Below, one piece after another: positions 1-6,163 of a stretch of DNA of 6,320 nt. The stretch covers positions 1 to 6,320 of the IMG/VR virus record IMGVR_UViG_3300045988_030101. One strand, 5' to 3'. The notes under the pieces are model-generated. The model saw only the letters and a list, made by a program, of their open reading frames with translations, searched no databases and was not told the origin of the DNA. Position numbers and translations under genes: made by a program. Within the stretch, counting starts at the first letter, position 1. Each line of letters starts with the position of its first letter. This DNA comes from a virus.

Positions 1-85
1 ATTTTTTTTTGAATTCACGATAAGAGTGGAAATATTTAAACCTTCTTTGACATTTTCGATTACATCTATCTCCCAGCGATGACCA
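1..85. repeat. Terminal direct redundancy: 1-85 is identical to 6236-6320. This is a circular-contig overlap, so the true genome is 6235 nt.
   Basis: Direct comparison of the first 85 nt (attttttttt gaattcacgataagagtgg...gcgatgacca) with the last 85 nt of the window shows an exact match. The offset is 6235. Confidence 0.95.
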
Positions 86-240
86 GTATTTTTTTCTTCA
101 AGGTAGGTTATGACGCACCCTTTGTTTTGATGGACAATTCGTTCTCCGTGATTAATAGCCTCTTTTTCATTTTTGAACTTTTTTAAATAAAACAGCTCCT
201 GGCTGTAACTTCTTGCGATGATAATAATTCTTGTTTTCAT
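1..240 (-). CDS. N-terminal 80 codons of a 103-aa hypothetical protein whose ORF crosses the circular junction and continues at 6235 down to the stop at 6164. Protein: MKTRIIIIARSYSQELFYLKKFKNEKEAINHGERIVHQNKGCVITYLEEKNTGHRWEIDVIENVKEGLNISTLIVNSKKNAILVAKALKEYDDTLKVNINKNY.
   Basis: Manual reverse-complement translation from the ATG at 240-238. The frame stays open to position 1 and continues in phase into 6235..6164, where a TAA stop lies at 6166-6164. The ATG overlaps the TGA of the upstream 52-aa ORF (ATGA). It is missing from the ORF track because it runs off the window edge. I do not recognise the family. Confidence 0.55.
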   Translation of the reverse strand, partial: MKTRIIIIARSYSQELFYLKKFKNEKEAINHGERIVHQNKGCVITYLEEKNTGHRWEIDVIENVKEGLNISTLIVNSKKN

Positions 241-395
241 AATTGTTTAGTCTTGGTTATTGAATAATCTACTACTTCTACAATATCTCTGGCTCCTTTA
301 ACAAATAATTCACATGCTCTCTTTGTTTTGAGCGTTTGGCGAAGGATAATTTTTTTTCCTTCGGTTGTCTTGGCATTTGCTATTACTGTATACAT
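237..395 (-). CDS. Small basic hypothetical protein, 52 aa, missing from the ORF track: MYTVIANAKTTEGKKIILRQTLKTKRACELFVKGARDIVEVVDYSITKTKQL.
   Basis: Manual translation of the minus strand from the ATG at 395-393 to the TGA at 239-237. The stop overlaps the ATG of the following ORF (ATGA), which implies translational coupling. The protein has 11 K/R against 5 D/E and no His. A sigma70-like promoter candidate lies about 30 nt upstream on the same strand. Confidence 0.45.
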   Translation of the reverse strand: MYTVIANAKTTEGKKIILRQTLKTKRACELFVKGARDIVEVVDYSITKTKQL

Positions 396-420
396 GGCTT
401 TGTGTTTTTTTGATTACACT

Positions 421-455
421 GTAAAGATAATACAAAAAGTCCCCTTTGTCAAGTA
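421..455 (-). promoter_or_regulatory. Candidate promoter reading toward the 52-aa/103-aa genes. On the minus strand it reads TTGACA (447-452), a 17-nt spacer, then TATCTT (424-429).
   Basis: The minus-strand sequence is ...tacTTGACAaaggggactttttgtatTATCTTtacag... The -35 is perfect and the -10 matches 4 of 6 positions. It sits in the only large non-coding stretch, about 30 nt upstream of the 52-aa ORF start. A Bacteroidota host would use a different consensus (TTTG / TAnnTTTG), so this is tentative. Confidence 0.3.
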
Positions 456-521
456 AATATCCCATTTTAACATTACATTAACTTTTTATTACACCGCTTT
501 AACGTAATATTTTTAACTATT

Positions 522-616
522 GCGCGCCAGCCTGCAAGGCTGACAGCGAACAGGCTCCGCCGTCGAGAGCGTACTTCGGAGCGAAGCGACTAAGGAAAAC
601 GAAGTTTTCCGCCTTA
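522..616. promoter_or_regulatory. GC-rich cluster of stable stem-loops in an otherwise AT-rich genome. It is a candidate replication-origin/single-strand-initiation element and/or the 3' end of the VP2-VP4 transcript.
   Basis: Stem-loop A is 528-533 CAGCCT / 537-542 AGGCTG with loop GCA. Stem-loop B is 554-559 GCTCCG / 577-582 CGGAGC. 581-587 is GCGAAGC, the classic ultra-stable DNA mini-hairpin. Stem-loop C is 594-600 GGAAAAC / 604-610 GTTTTCC with a GAA triloop closed by C:G. 522-527 is GCGCGC. No ORF covers the region. It lies directly downstream of the rep gene on the coding strand. Confidence 0.45.
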
Positions 617-628
617 AACATTTAAAAA

Positions 629-650
629 TACTGTCTGTTTACTGTCTGGT
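629..650. repeat. 11-bp tandem direct repeat TACTGTCTGTT / TACTGTCTGGT, with a further partial unit (TACT) starting at 650. Iteron-like, and 7 nt from the rep (VP4) stop codon.
   Basis: Read directly: 629-639 tactgtctgtt, then 640-650 tactgtctggt. The 11-bp period is close to one helical turn. Confidence 0.6.
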
Positions 651-656
651 ACTATT

Positions 657-1787
657 TCACGCTTGCCCAAATGCACCCAATGCGTCGCAATGCTCCGAGG
701 TAGTGCACCTTCTTACTCTTTTGAACGTCCACATATTATCTTTAATGTATTGATTAGTAATATCTTCCCATTCTTGCGTTTTCTTTTGCATAGGAAAATC
801 GGCCTGTAACGGCAACTTTGTTAGATTTTCCGTGCTGAATTTTTCAGCTTGTTTTTTAGCCTCTGCAATAGCTCGTCGCTGTTTTTCTTCTTTTCTTCGT
901 TCTTTCATAGCATCCCATGCAATAGGGTCATCTCCCATTACCTCGCGTCCGTATTTTTGCCAATATCTTCTAAGGTTGTCGATAGTTTTCCAGTCATCAG
1001 CTTGTACTTTTTCTCCATATATCCATAGTAGCCCTCTATTAAGATTATTGATCCACATTTTCTCACGTTCTTTGTCTGTGAATATTTTATTTTTATAGTA
1101 TTTTGGCATAGCCATTTTTGTGCCGTTTCGGAACGTATAGGTAGCTACGTTTATATTTTTGTAATTTTGCTTTTGCCAGAGATAGTCCAATCTATCCATG
1201 TACTCAGCCCCTATACCTTTACTTGACAATACGATTTGCTTAAATTCTGGGTGTTTTGTGTCTACTTTTAACATATATTTTGTCATATAGTTGACACTTC
1301 TGCTATTACAGTATTGCCCGATAAATATGAATCCGTACTTCCAATGTTTTTTTATCAGTTCCGCACTTCTTTGCCCGAAAAATATACCGTGTAGATGTAT
1401 TCGGTCGTTGTCCTCTCCGAGTTCCGTAACACACCAATGGCGCATACTTTTGCCTGTATCTTTTCGCACTCTTTCTAAAAATAATCGTAGTCCTTTTGAA
1501 GCTATTTCGTTTGGATTTTCCTTCCAGTTTAACCCTGTTTTTTCTTCCAGATTTTTTATTCCTTCTGGTGAAATGGTCAAAGTTATAAAATAGCCGTAGT
1601 TTGAACGTAATTCCTCTTCTAGTCGTACTCTCCATTCTCTTTGTTTTTCCTTTCTGCATTCTATGCAACACCCACATTTTACGGGTATATAGAGAAGCCT
1701 CCTGTCTTTGCAAACGGGAGGTTTCCCTTTATTTTTTTTATTAGGTTTATATTTGGGATTTTTTATGTATGTTGGATATAAACACAT
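657..1787 (-). CDS. VP4: Replication initiation protein (Microviridae VP4, phiX174 gene A-like rolling-circle HUH endonuclease), 376 aa.
   Basis: The RCR motifs are present: FITLTISPE (motif I), HLHGIFF (HUH, motif II) and NYMTKYMLK (two Tyr spaced YxxKY as in phiX A YVAKY, motif III). There is an N-terminal Cys cluster, CKDRRLLYIPVKCGCCIECRKEK. The ATG at 1787-1785 lies 1 nt after the VP2 TGA (TGAcATG). Confidence 0.9.
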   Translation of the reverse strand: MCLYPTYIKNPKYKPNKKNKGKPPVCKDRRLLYIPVKCGCCIECRKEKQREWRVRLEEELRSNYGYFITLTISPEGIKNLEEKTGLNWKENPNEIASKGLRLFLERVRKDTGKSMRHWCVTELGEDNDRIHLHGIFFGQRSAELIKKHWKYGFIFIGQYCNSRSVNYMTKYMLKVDTKHPEFKQIVLSSKGIGAEYMDRLDYLWQKQNYKNINVATYTFRNGTKMAMPKYYKNKIFTDKEREKMWINNLNRGLLWIYGEKVQADDWKTIDNLRRYWQKYGREVMGDDPIAWDAMKERRKEEKQRRAIAEAKKQAEKFSTENLTKLPLQADFPMQKKTQEWEDITNQYIKDNMWTFKRVRRCTTSEHCDALGAFGQA

Positions 1788-1788
1788 G

Positions 1789-2925
1789 TCAATAGGATTC
1801 TGAATAGGATTCTGTTGTTACTTCTGTTCCTCTTCTTTTTGAAACGGTTTTTGTTTGTGTTCTTTTTCCACGAAGTTTAAAAAACATTTCAGTTATATTT
1901 TCTCCGAATTGCAAACCGATTTGAAGTCTTTCATTAAATGTTTGTTCTGTCCATCTTTCAATCATACCCTCTACTTGCTTACGATATGTTTCTTTATCCC
2001 AATTATGTTTATCAGCTAGCTCATTTAATTCTTTGGCCGCCGCTTTTAATTGTTCAATTTGTGCGTCTGCTACTTCTATATCTTTGAAAGTCTTTGCTAC
2101 CGAGGCTATTAGCTGGCAGTTCATATAATAAGCCGCGTCAATTCTGTCTTGTAAGGTTTTTTGGTCATACTCATATCCGAGTTTTTCTCGCTGGGACCCC
2201 CAATATACTTTGTGCGCCATTTCACTATAATATGTTGCTACTGCAAATGCTTCGCTGATTTCGGCTCTCGATAATCCTTCTTTCGCTTCATTGAGTCTTT
2301 GTATGGTTTCTTCTGTTGTCTTTTTTGCTTTGGAAAGTTCTGCCTCAGCTTCTTTGTAATTTTTGTCGGCGATAAGGTAATTAATTTTAGCGTCCATTTC
2401 TTCAATACGTTTGTACGCTTCTTCTGTATCTATACCTCCAATTTTTTTAGCTTCTTCATTTGCTTTGTTCGCTTGTGCTTCGGCTAACGCAATTTGTGCG
2501 TCATTCATTCTTCTTTGTTGTTCGATTTGTTGTGTTTGTAAAGCCATAGCGACAGGATTACCTTGTGGTTGTTCTGGGCTTGCTTGATGAGCTCCTCCGC
2601 TGGCACCCATGCCGCCGGCTCCGCTTTGTCCATACATTAGGCCAATATTTAATCCTGCATTTTTCAGATGTGCTACTTGGTTTTCTGCATTGGTATAATC
2701 CCAATAATCTTTTGCATATTGTTGAGATTGTGCGGATGCTTGTTGTTGATATTGATTTTGTAGCGCCATAATTCTTTTATTATAAGCCTCTTGTTCTTGC
2801 ATAGCTTTTTTTGGCGACCAACTTAAACCTAATGCTTGACTTATACCTCCTGTTATTAAGCCTGTCAGACTACTGGCTCCCGATCCGGCTAGTCCCGATG
2901 TAAATAATTTTCCGAAATTTCCCAT
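1789..2925 (-). CDS. VP2: DNA pilot / minor capsid protein (Microviridae VP2, functional analogue of phiX H), 378 aa.
   Basis: The N-terminus is Gly/Ser-rich (MGNFGKLFTSGLAGSGASSLTGLITGG). It has the conserved pilot-protein motif NAGLNIGLMYGQ, a long Q/A/E/K-rich coiled-coil-like middle and a basic C-terminus. It sits between VP1 and VP4 as in gut microviruses. Confidence 0.85.
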   Translation of the reverse strand: MGNFGKLFTSGLAGSGASSLTGLITGGISQALGLSWSPKKAMQEQEAYNKRIMALQNQYQQQASAQSQQYAKDYWDYTNAENQVAHLKNAGLNIGLMYGQSGAGGMGASGGAHQASPEQPQGNPVAMALQTQQIEQQRRMNDAQIALAEAQANKANEEAKKIGGIDTEEAYKRIEEMDAKINYLIADKNYKEAEAELSKAKKTTEETIQRLNEAKEGLSRAEISEAFAVATYYSEMAHKVYWGSQREKLGYEYDQKTLQDRIDAAYYMNCQLIASVAKTFKDIEVADAQIEQLKAAAKELNELADKHNWDKETYRKQVEGMIERWTEQTFNERLQIGLQFGENITEMFFKLRGKRTQTKTVSKRRGTEVTTESYSESY

Positions 2926-2950
2926 ATTGTTTATTTGTTTTAATTTTTCG

Positions 2951-2970
2951 CCCTTGTAATTTTACAAGGG
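2951..2970. promoter_or_regulatory. Perfect 20-bp palindrome CCCTTGTAATTTTACAAGGG, 26 nt upstream of the VP2 start. It is a candidate operator or promoter element.
   Basis: cccttgtaa (2951-2959) is the exact reverse complement of ttacaaggg (2962-2970). On the coding strand it contains TTGTAA (2967-2962), then 17 nt, then ATTAAA (2944-2939), which could be a weak sigma70-like promoter for VP2-VP4. That reading is speculative. Confidence 0.35.
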
Positions 2971-3015
2971 TTACACATATTACTAGATAATATATGCTAC
3001 ATGCGTACCATTTTG

Positions 3016-3054
3016 TGAAAAATGGAGGGAGTAGGAACTAAGTTCCTAACTCCC
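3016..3054 (-). terminator. Predicted intrinsic (rho-independent) terminator ending the small-genes/VP1/111-aa transcription unit.
   Basis: On the minus strand, stem GGGAGTTAGGAAC (3054-3042) pairs with GTTCCTACTCCC (3038-3027) with one bulged A and a 3-nt loop; the stem is capped by G/C pairs. It is followed immediately by TCCATTTTTCAC (3026-3015). It lies 20 nt downstream of the 111-aa ORF stop (3074). Confidence 0.5.
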
Positions 3055-3073
3055 AGCCTTTTAGATGTGCGGT

Positions 3074-3409
3074 TTATCCCGCCGATTCCTGTTGTGAAGA
3101 AGTGTCTCCTACTTCCTTCGAATCGAGGGCATTTTGTTCTTGTTGTTCTATTTTTCCGTAATTTTTAGATTTGGCAAGATTTGCTTGGTTGACTGCGTCC
3201 ATTGCTTGTTGTGCAATATCCCATCGGTCAGTTCTGATGTTATAAGCCGGTAGTACTCCGTCATCTCTGTTGGTATAGATAATTGGTGCACCGTCTGTGA
3301 TAGGTTCGTTGTTTTCTGTGATTCTTTTAACTTTTGTTTCAATAGATTCTCCGACTTGGTATTCGTAGTTGGTTTTTATTGGTCTTGGAAAAAAAGTTGG
3401 TTTTATCAT
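3074..3409 (-). CDS. Hypothetical acidic 111-aa protein immediately downstream of VP1. It may belong to the structural module (scaffolding or minor protein). The family is not recognised with confidence.
   Basis: ORF on the same strand, starting 11 nt after the VP1 stop. It is acidic overall (17 D/E against 13 K/R) with a Q/E/S-rich tail. The central segment PIIYTNRDDGVLPAYNIRTDRWDIAQQAMDAVNQ looks like a conserved core. The terminator follows. Confidence 0.5.
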   Translation of the reverse strand: MIKPTFFPRPIKTNYEYQVGESIETKVKRITENNEPITDGAPIIYTNRDDGVLPAYNIRTDRWDIAQQAMDAVNQANLAKSKNYGKIEQQEQNALDSKEVGDTSSQQESAG

Positions 3410-3420
3410 AATTGTAAATT

Positions 3421-5460
3421 TTAAATGTTAGGAATTACTTTTGCTGACATAACACGTCTTGGTTTGTAATTAAAAGCGATTTGAACCCAAAAATTTTGCG
3501 CTGTTAGATCTGTGTCTGCAAAAATGTTATTGTATAAGTGTGGTTGGATATATGTAGTATATGTATCTACATTATCGAAAATTCTGTTTAAACACATCCA
3601 CCCCTCATTTTCAATAAGTGCGAAATTTCCATATGTTTTATTCACATTGGTCATGTATTGTATCCATGCAGGTTGTTTTCCTATGCTTGTATTTAAGTCT
3701 TCCCTTACGCAGGAACTATTTAGATGTCTATACAATCTGTCTTGAAAACCTATTCCGTCTAATTGAGGCTTATGTAAGTCATCCAGTGATTCGAGGTATA
3801 AATCCCATTCGTTGCCTTGAAAATAATCGACTCGTGGAGTGATAGAGGTGATACAAAATATGTATCCAGGTTCATCTGCCTTGAATATAATATTTCCTCC
3901 TTTGTGATTTGTCGCTATACCCCTACCGGCTAATGTACCTAATGGTTGGTCCTCGGTTCCACTGTTATTAACAACTTCCTGGAACTCAATTTCGAGCGAG
4001 CTGCCGCCAAGATATAGAGGTGTTTCGACATGGTTGAGTCCTCCACTTGTGTATACGGTCTGGATCCATGCATTATAACTTCCGTCGCTTATGGCGATTC
4101 TGTTGAGCATGGTATATACTTTTTTCGCCAGATTGAGAGTGTCGAGCGTAAAGCTGCCCGAACTTGTATCGATAGCTGTTATAGAGTTGATACCTGTTTC
4201 CCCGTCAATCCATTCGGTATTTACCCAGTTGGTATTGATGTCACTTTGGTAAGTTTTTAACGCTAATCCTACCATAGGGTATGCGCTATTTGGTACTAAT
4301 GTTGGAGTATTTGATGTGTCATAAACGTCAACGACACTTTCATATAGTTGCGTTATAAATTCATCGGTTGATACATATTGTTGTTTTCCAGCGGATAGTA
4401 TATTTTCTCTCATATCATCTATTGAAGAGAGATTAAATTTACTGTAATTGCCGCTTATGGTATAAGCATTTACTTTGCTTGTTATGTTTATCGACTTTGT
4501 TGCTGTTTCCCCGTCTAGTGTTTTAAATTTGTAAGCCCGGAGAAGGGGTTTTCCCGATATCGGTGCTATTAAATCCGATACATCCTCTAATACTCCTTCA
4601 CCTATTAATTGTCCAATAGACCTCATAGCTAAATCTATTGTTCGATCTTCGCCGGTAGGAGTAAATACGATATTTCCGTTGAGATAAGTGTTATTTAAAT
4701 CGTAATTTTCTAAGTCTCGAAATGCAATAACTACACCATCTCCTTGTATTGTTATTACTTGCGATGTTGGATTTTGAATCATTTGTTCTATTCTATACAT
4801 TCCATTTGCAAACGGTTCTCCTATTGCTGCAAAAAAATATGTATTAGGTACTGTACTGAGATTTGAACTTGCTAACGTTCTTGCTCCGTCAATTGTGTAG
4901 AATGATTCCTCTTGTTTGTTGGCATAATAATTTTTGAATATATCATAATACATTAATGCCTTCGTGATATTCCACGTGAACTCAGTTCCCGATTCTTTAT
5001 TAAGACTCTTATACCCCAAATAAGATAGTAGGCTGCTTGGGTGTATTTGTCTTAAAAGTGTGTCGTTTGAGCCCTTTAACTTTTTCTCTAAATCCCAATC
5101 TGAAGCGTCTATTTTGACTACGGGAAATTTAACCTTTTTCATATCAAGTCCGATGTTCAGGGTATTGTTATGCAGCATTGCGTTATATAATCGGATTGGA
5201 CAGAAGAAAAAGTCGTTTTGCTGTTTAAAACTTCCGAATAGAGGTCCAATAGTTGGGTGTGTTAAAGTATGACATCTTGTTTGAATAGGGTATGTGTCTC
5301 CCGGTAATAATAATTCTGTCATGGTTGGTACTAAAACTCCCGGAGCCATAGAGGTTCTCATTACAAAACTATTGTCGTGTGTACTACGGTTGTAATTGTT
5401 TAACCGTGTAATCATTTTTTTTCCACCTCCAAGGGTGTTTTTTCCAATACTTACTTTCAT
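3421..5460 (-). CDS. VP1: Major capsid protein (Microviridae VP1, phiX F-like jelly-roll), 679 aa.
   Basis: The N-terminal signature typical of microvirus F/VP1 is present: NNYNRSTHDNSFVMRTSMAPGVLVPTMTELLLPGDTY. The size, with large insertions, fits the Alpavirinae-type 650-780 aa VP1. It is the longest ORF. Its ATG overlaps the upstream stop (ATGA at 5460-5457). Confidence 0.92.
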   Translation of the reverse strand: MKVSIGKNTLGGGKKMITRLNNYNRSTHDNSFVMRTSMAPGVLVPTMTELLLPGDTYPIQTRCHTLTHPTIGPLFGSFKQQNDFFFCPIRLYNAMLHNNTLNIGLDMKKVKFPVVKIDASDWDLEKKLKGSNDTLLRQIHPSSLLSYLGYKSLNKESGTEFTWNITKALMYYDIFKNYYANKQEESFYTIDGARTLASSNLSTVPNTYFFAAIGEPFANGMYRIEQMIQNPTSQVITIQGDGVVIAFRDLENYDLNNTYLNGNIVFTPTGEDRTIDLAMRSIGQLIGEGVLEDVSDLIAPISGKPLLRAYKFKTLDGETATKSINITSKVNAYTISGNYSKFNLSSIDDMRENILSAGKQQYVSTDEFITQLYESVVDVYDTSNTPTLVPNSAYPMVGLALKTYQSDINTNWVNTEWIDGETGINSITAIDTSSGSFTLDTLNLAKKVYTMLNRIAISDGSYNAWIQTVYTSGGLNHVETPLYLGGSSLEIEFQEVVNNSGTEDQPLGTLAGRGIATNHKGGNIIFKADEPGYIFCITSITPRVDYFQGNEWDLYLESLDDLHKPQLDGIGFQDRLYRHLNSSCVREDLNTSIGKQPAWIQYMTNVNKTYGNFALIENEGWMCLNRIFDNVDTYTTYIQPHLYNNIFADTDLTAQNFWVQIAFNYKPRRVMSAKVIPNI

Positions 5461-5720
5461 TTTTCTTCGTTTTTAAGTTGTTGATTATTGATCTCATTAA
5501 GTCGCTGACACATAGCCCCAATTATTGCTAAGTCCATGTTTGTTAGTTTAAAATGCTCATTGAGGTATTTTATTGCTTCTTCTTGGCTGTCGAATATTAA
5601 TGGTGATACCACGTATTCTCCTACGACAAAGGTAAATTTGTCTTTTTCATCTTCTTTAAAGGCTCTTACTTTGACAACATCTTGTCTTTTTGCCCAGTCT
5701 AATGCTTCTTGATTATCCAT
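5457..5720 (-). CDS. Hypothetical acidic 87-aa protein, translationally coupled to VP1.
   Basis: ORF on the gene strand. Its stop overlaps the VP1 ATG. It has 17 D/E against 12 K/R. I do not recognise any motif. Its ATG lies 2 nt after the stop of the preceding 92-aa ORF. Confidence 0.5.
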   Translation of the reverse strand: MDNQEALDWAKRQDVVKVRAFKEDEKDKFTFVVGEYVVSPLIFDSQEEAIKYLNEHFKLTNMDLAIIGAMCQRLNEINNQQLKNEEK

Positions 5721-5722
5721 AA

Positions 5723-6001
5723 TTAAATGTTTTTAGTTGCTTCAATTTTTGTTAATATAACTCTACTTTTACGTAATTCGTTTTCAAGTCGTTCTGCTTC
5801 TTTGAATAAACAGCAGTTCATGACAACCCTAAACCCTTTTACCATACAGCCTGTATCCCATTCGAATCCTTCCCACATAAGTGCGTAGCTTCCTTCACTG
5901 AAGGACTCGAATGGTATTTTAGCGCTCTTCACCCATTCTTTTTTACGGAACTTGCCGTACTTCGTGATAGTTGGAATCATTGTGATGTGTAATTGAATCA
6001 T
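5723..6001 (-). CDS. Hypothetical 92-aa protein. The start is uncertain: there are alternative Met codons at codon 8 and codon 42.
   Basis: ORF on the gene strand, packed between neighbours. Its 5' end overlaps the 72-aa ORF by 59 nt in another frame, so the true start may be internal (MIPTITKY... or MWEGFEWD...). Confidence 0.4.
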   Translation of the reverse strand: MIQLHITMIPTITKYGKFRKKEWVKSAKIPFESFSEGSYALMWEGFEWDTGCMVKGFRVVMNCCLFKEAERLENELRKSRVILTKIEATKNI

Positions 6002-6161
6002 TTAGACATTTGTTGTTAACATTTACTGTGTTTCCCGATACTTTCCAAGTGCTGCCACAGCCCTCGAATAAATAGGATATTATTAACAATATAGCTGCAC
6101 CTATAATACTTGCTGCTGTTTTCCAGTTCTCTTTTAAAAATTGTTTGATCTCTTCTTTCAT
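5943..6161 (-). CDS. Small membrane protein, 72 aa, with one predicted transmembrane helix. It is a candidate lysis or membrane-targeting factor.
   Basis: There is an 18-residue hydrophobic stretch TAASIIGAAILLIISYLF after a charged N-terminus (MKEEIKQFLKENWK), followed by a polar N/S/H-rich tail. The ATG lies 2 nt after the stop of the 103-aa ORF. Confidence 0.45.
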   Translation of the reverse strand: MKEEIKQFLKENWKTAASIIGAAILLIISYLFEGCGSTWKVSGNTVNVNNKCLNDSITHHNDSNYHEVRQVP

Positions 6162-6163
6162 AA

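Noticed and set aside
11-16. EcoRI site GAATTC at the contig start, and GCGCGC at 522-527, as possible cloning or vector artefacts
   Set aside because: They are single short palindromes expected by chance. The surrounding sequence is continuous coding sequence with no vector-like content.
1-85. Terminal repeat as a biological DTR/LTR or as the ends of a transposable element
   Set aside because: The repeat is direct and exact, and genes read straight through it (the 103-aa ORF crosses it in frame). It is the signature of a circular contig written linearly, not of phage terminal repeats or IS inverted repeats.
522-616. Possible tRNA or other small RNA gene in the GC-rich island
   Set aside because: There is no cloverleaf. 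No GTTCnAnnC T-loop or D-loop motif is present, and the length and arrangement do not fit a tRNA. The hairpins are better explained as DNA-level structure (origin or terminator).
832-1098. Plus-strand ORFs antisense to the phage genes (832..1098, 1291..1593, 2299..2487, 2565..2771, 3512..3745, 3618..3842, 4030..4260, 5060..5272)
   Set aside because: All lie wholly inside strong minus-strand genes. Their translations are low-complexity F/L/S/C-rich strings of the kind produced by the complement of K/E/N-rich codons. No start context is conserved, and microviruses encode everything on one strand.
3148-3342. 64-aa alternative-frame ORF nested inside the 111-aa gene on the coding strand
   Set aside because: It is short, with no coupling signal or distinctive composition. 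It is most likely a chance open frame. Only a comparative synonymous-rate test could rescue it.
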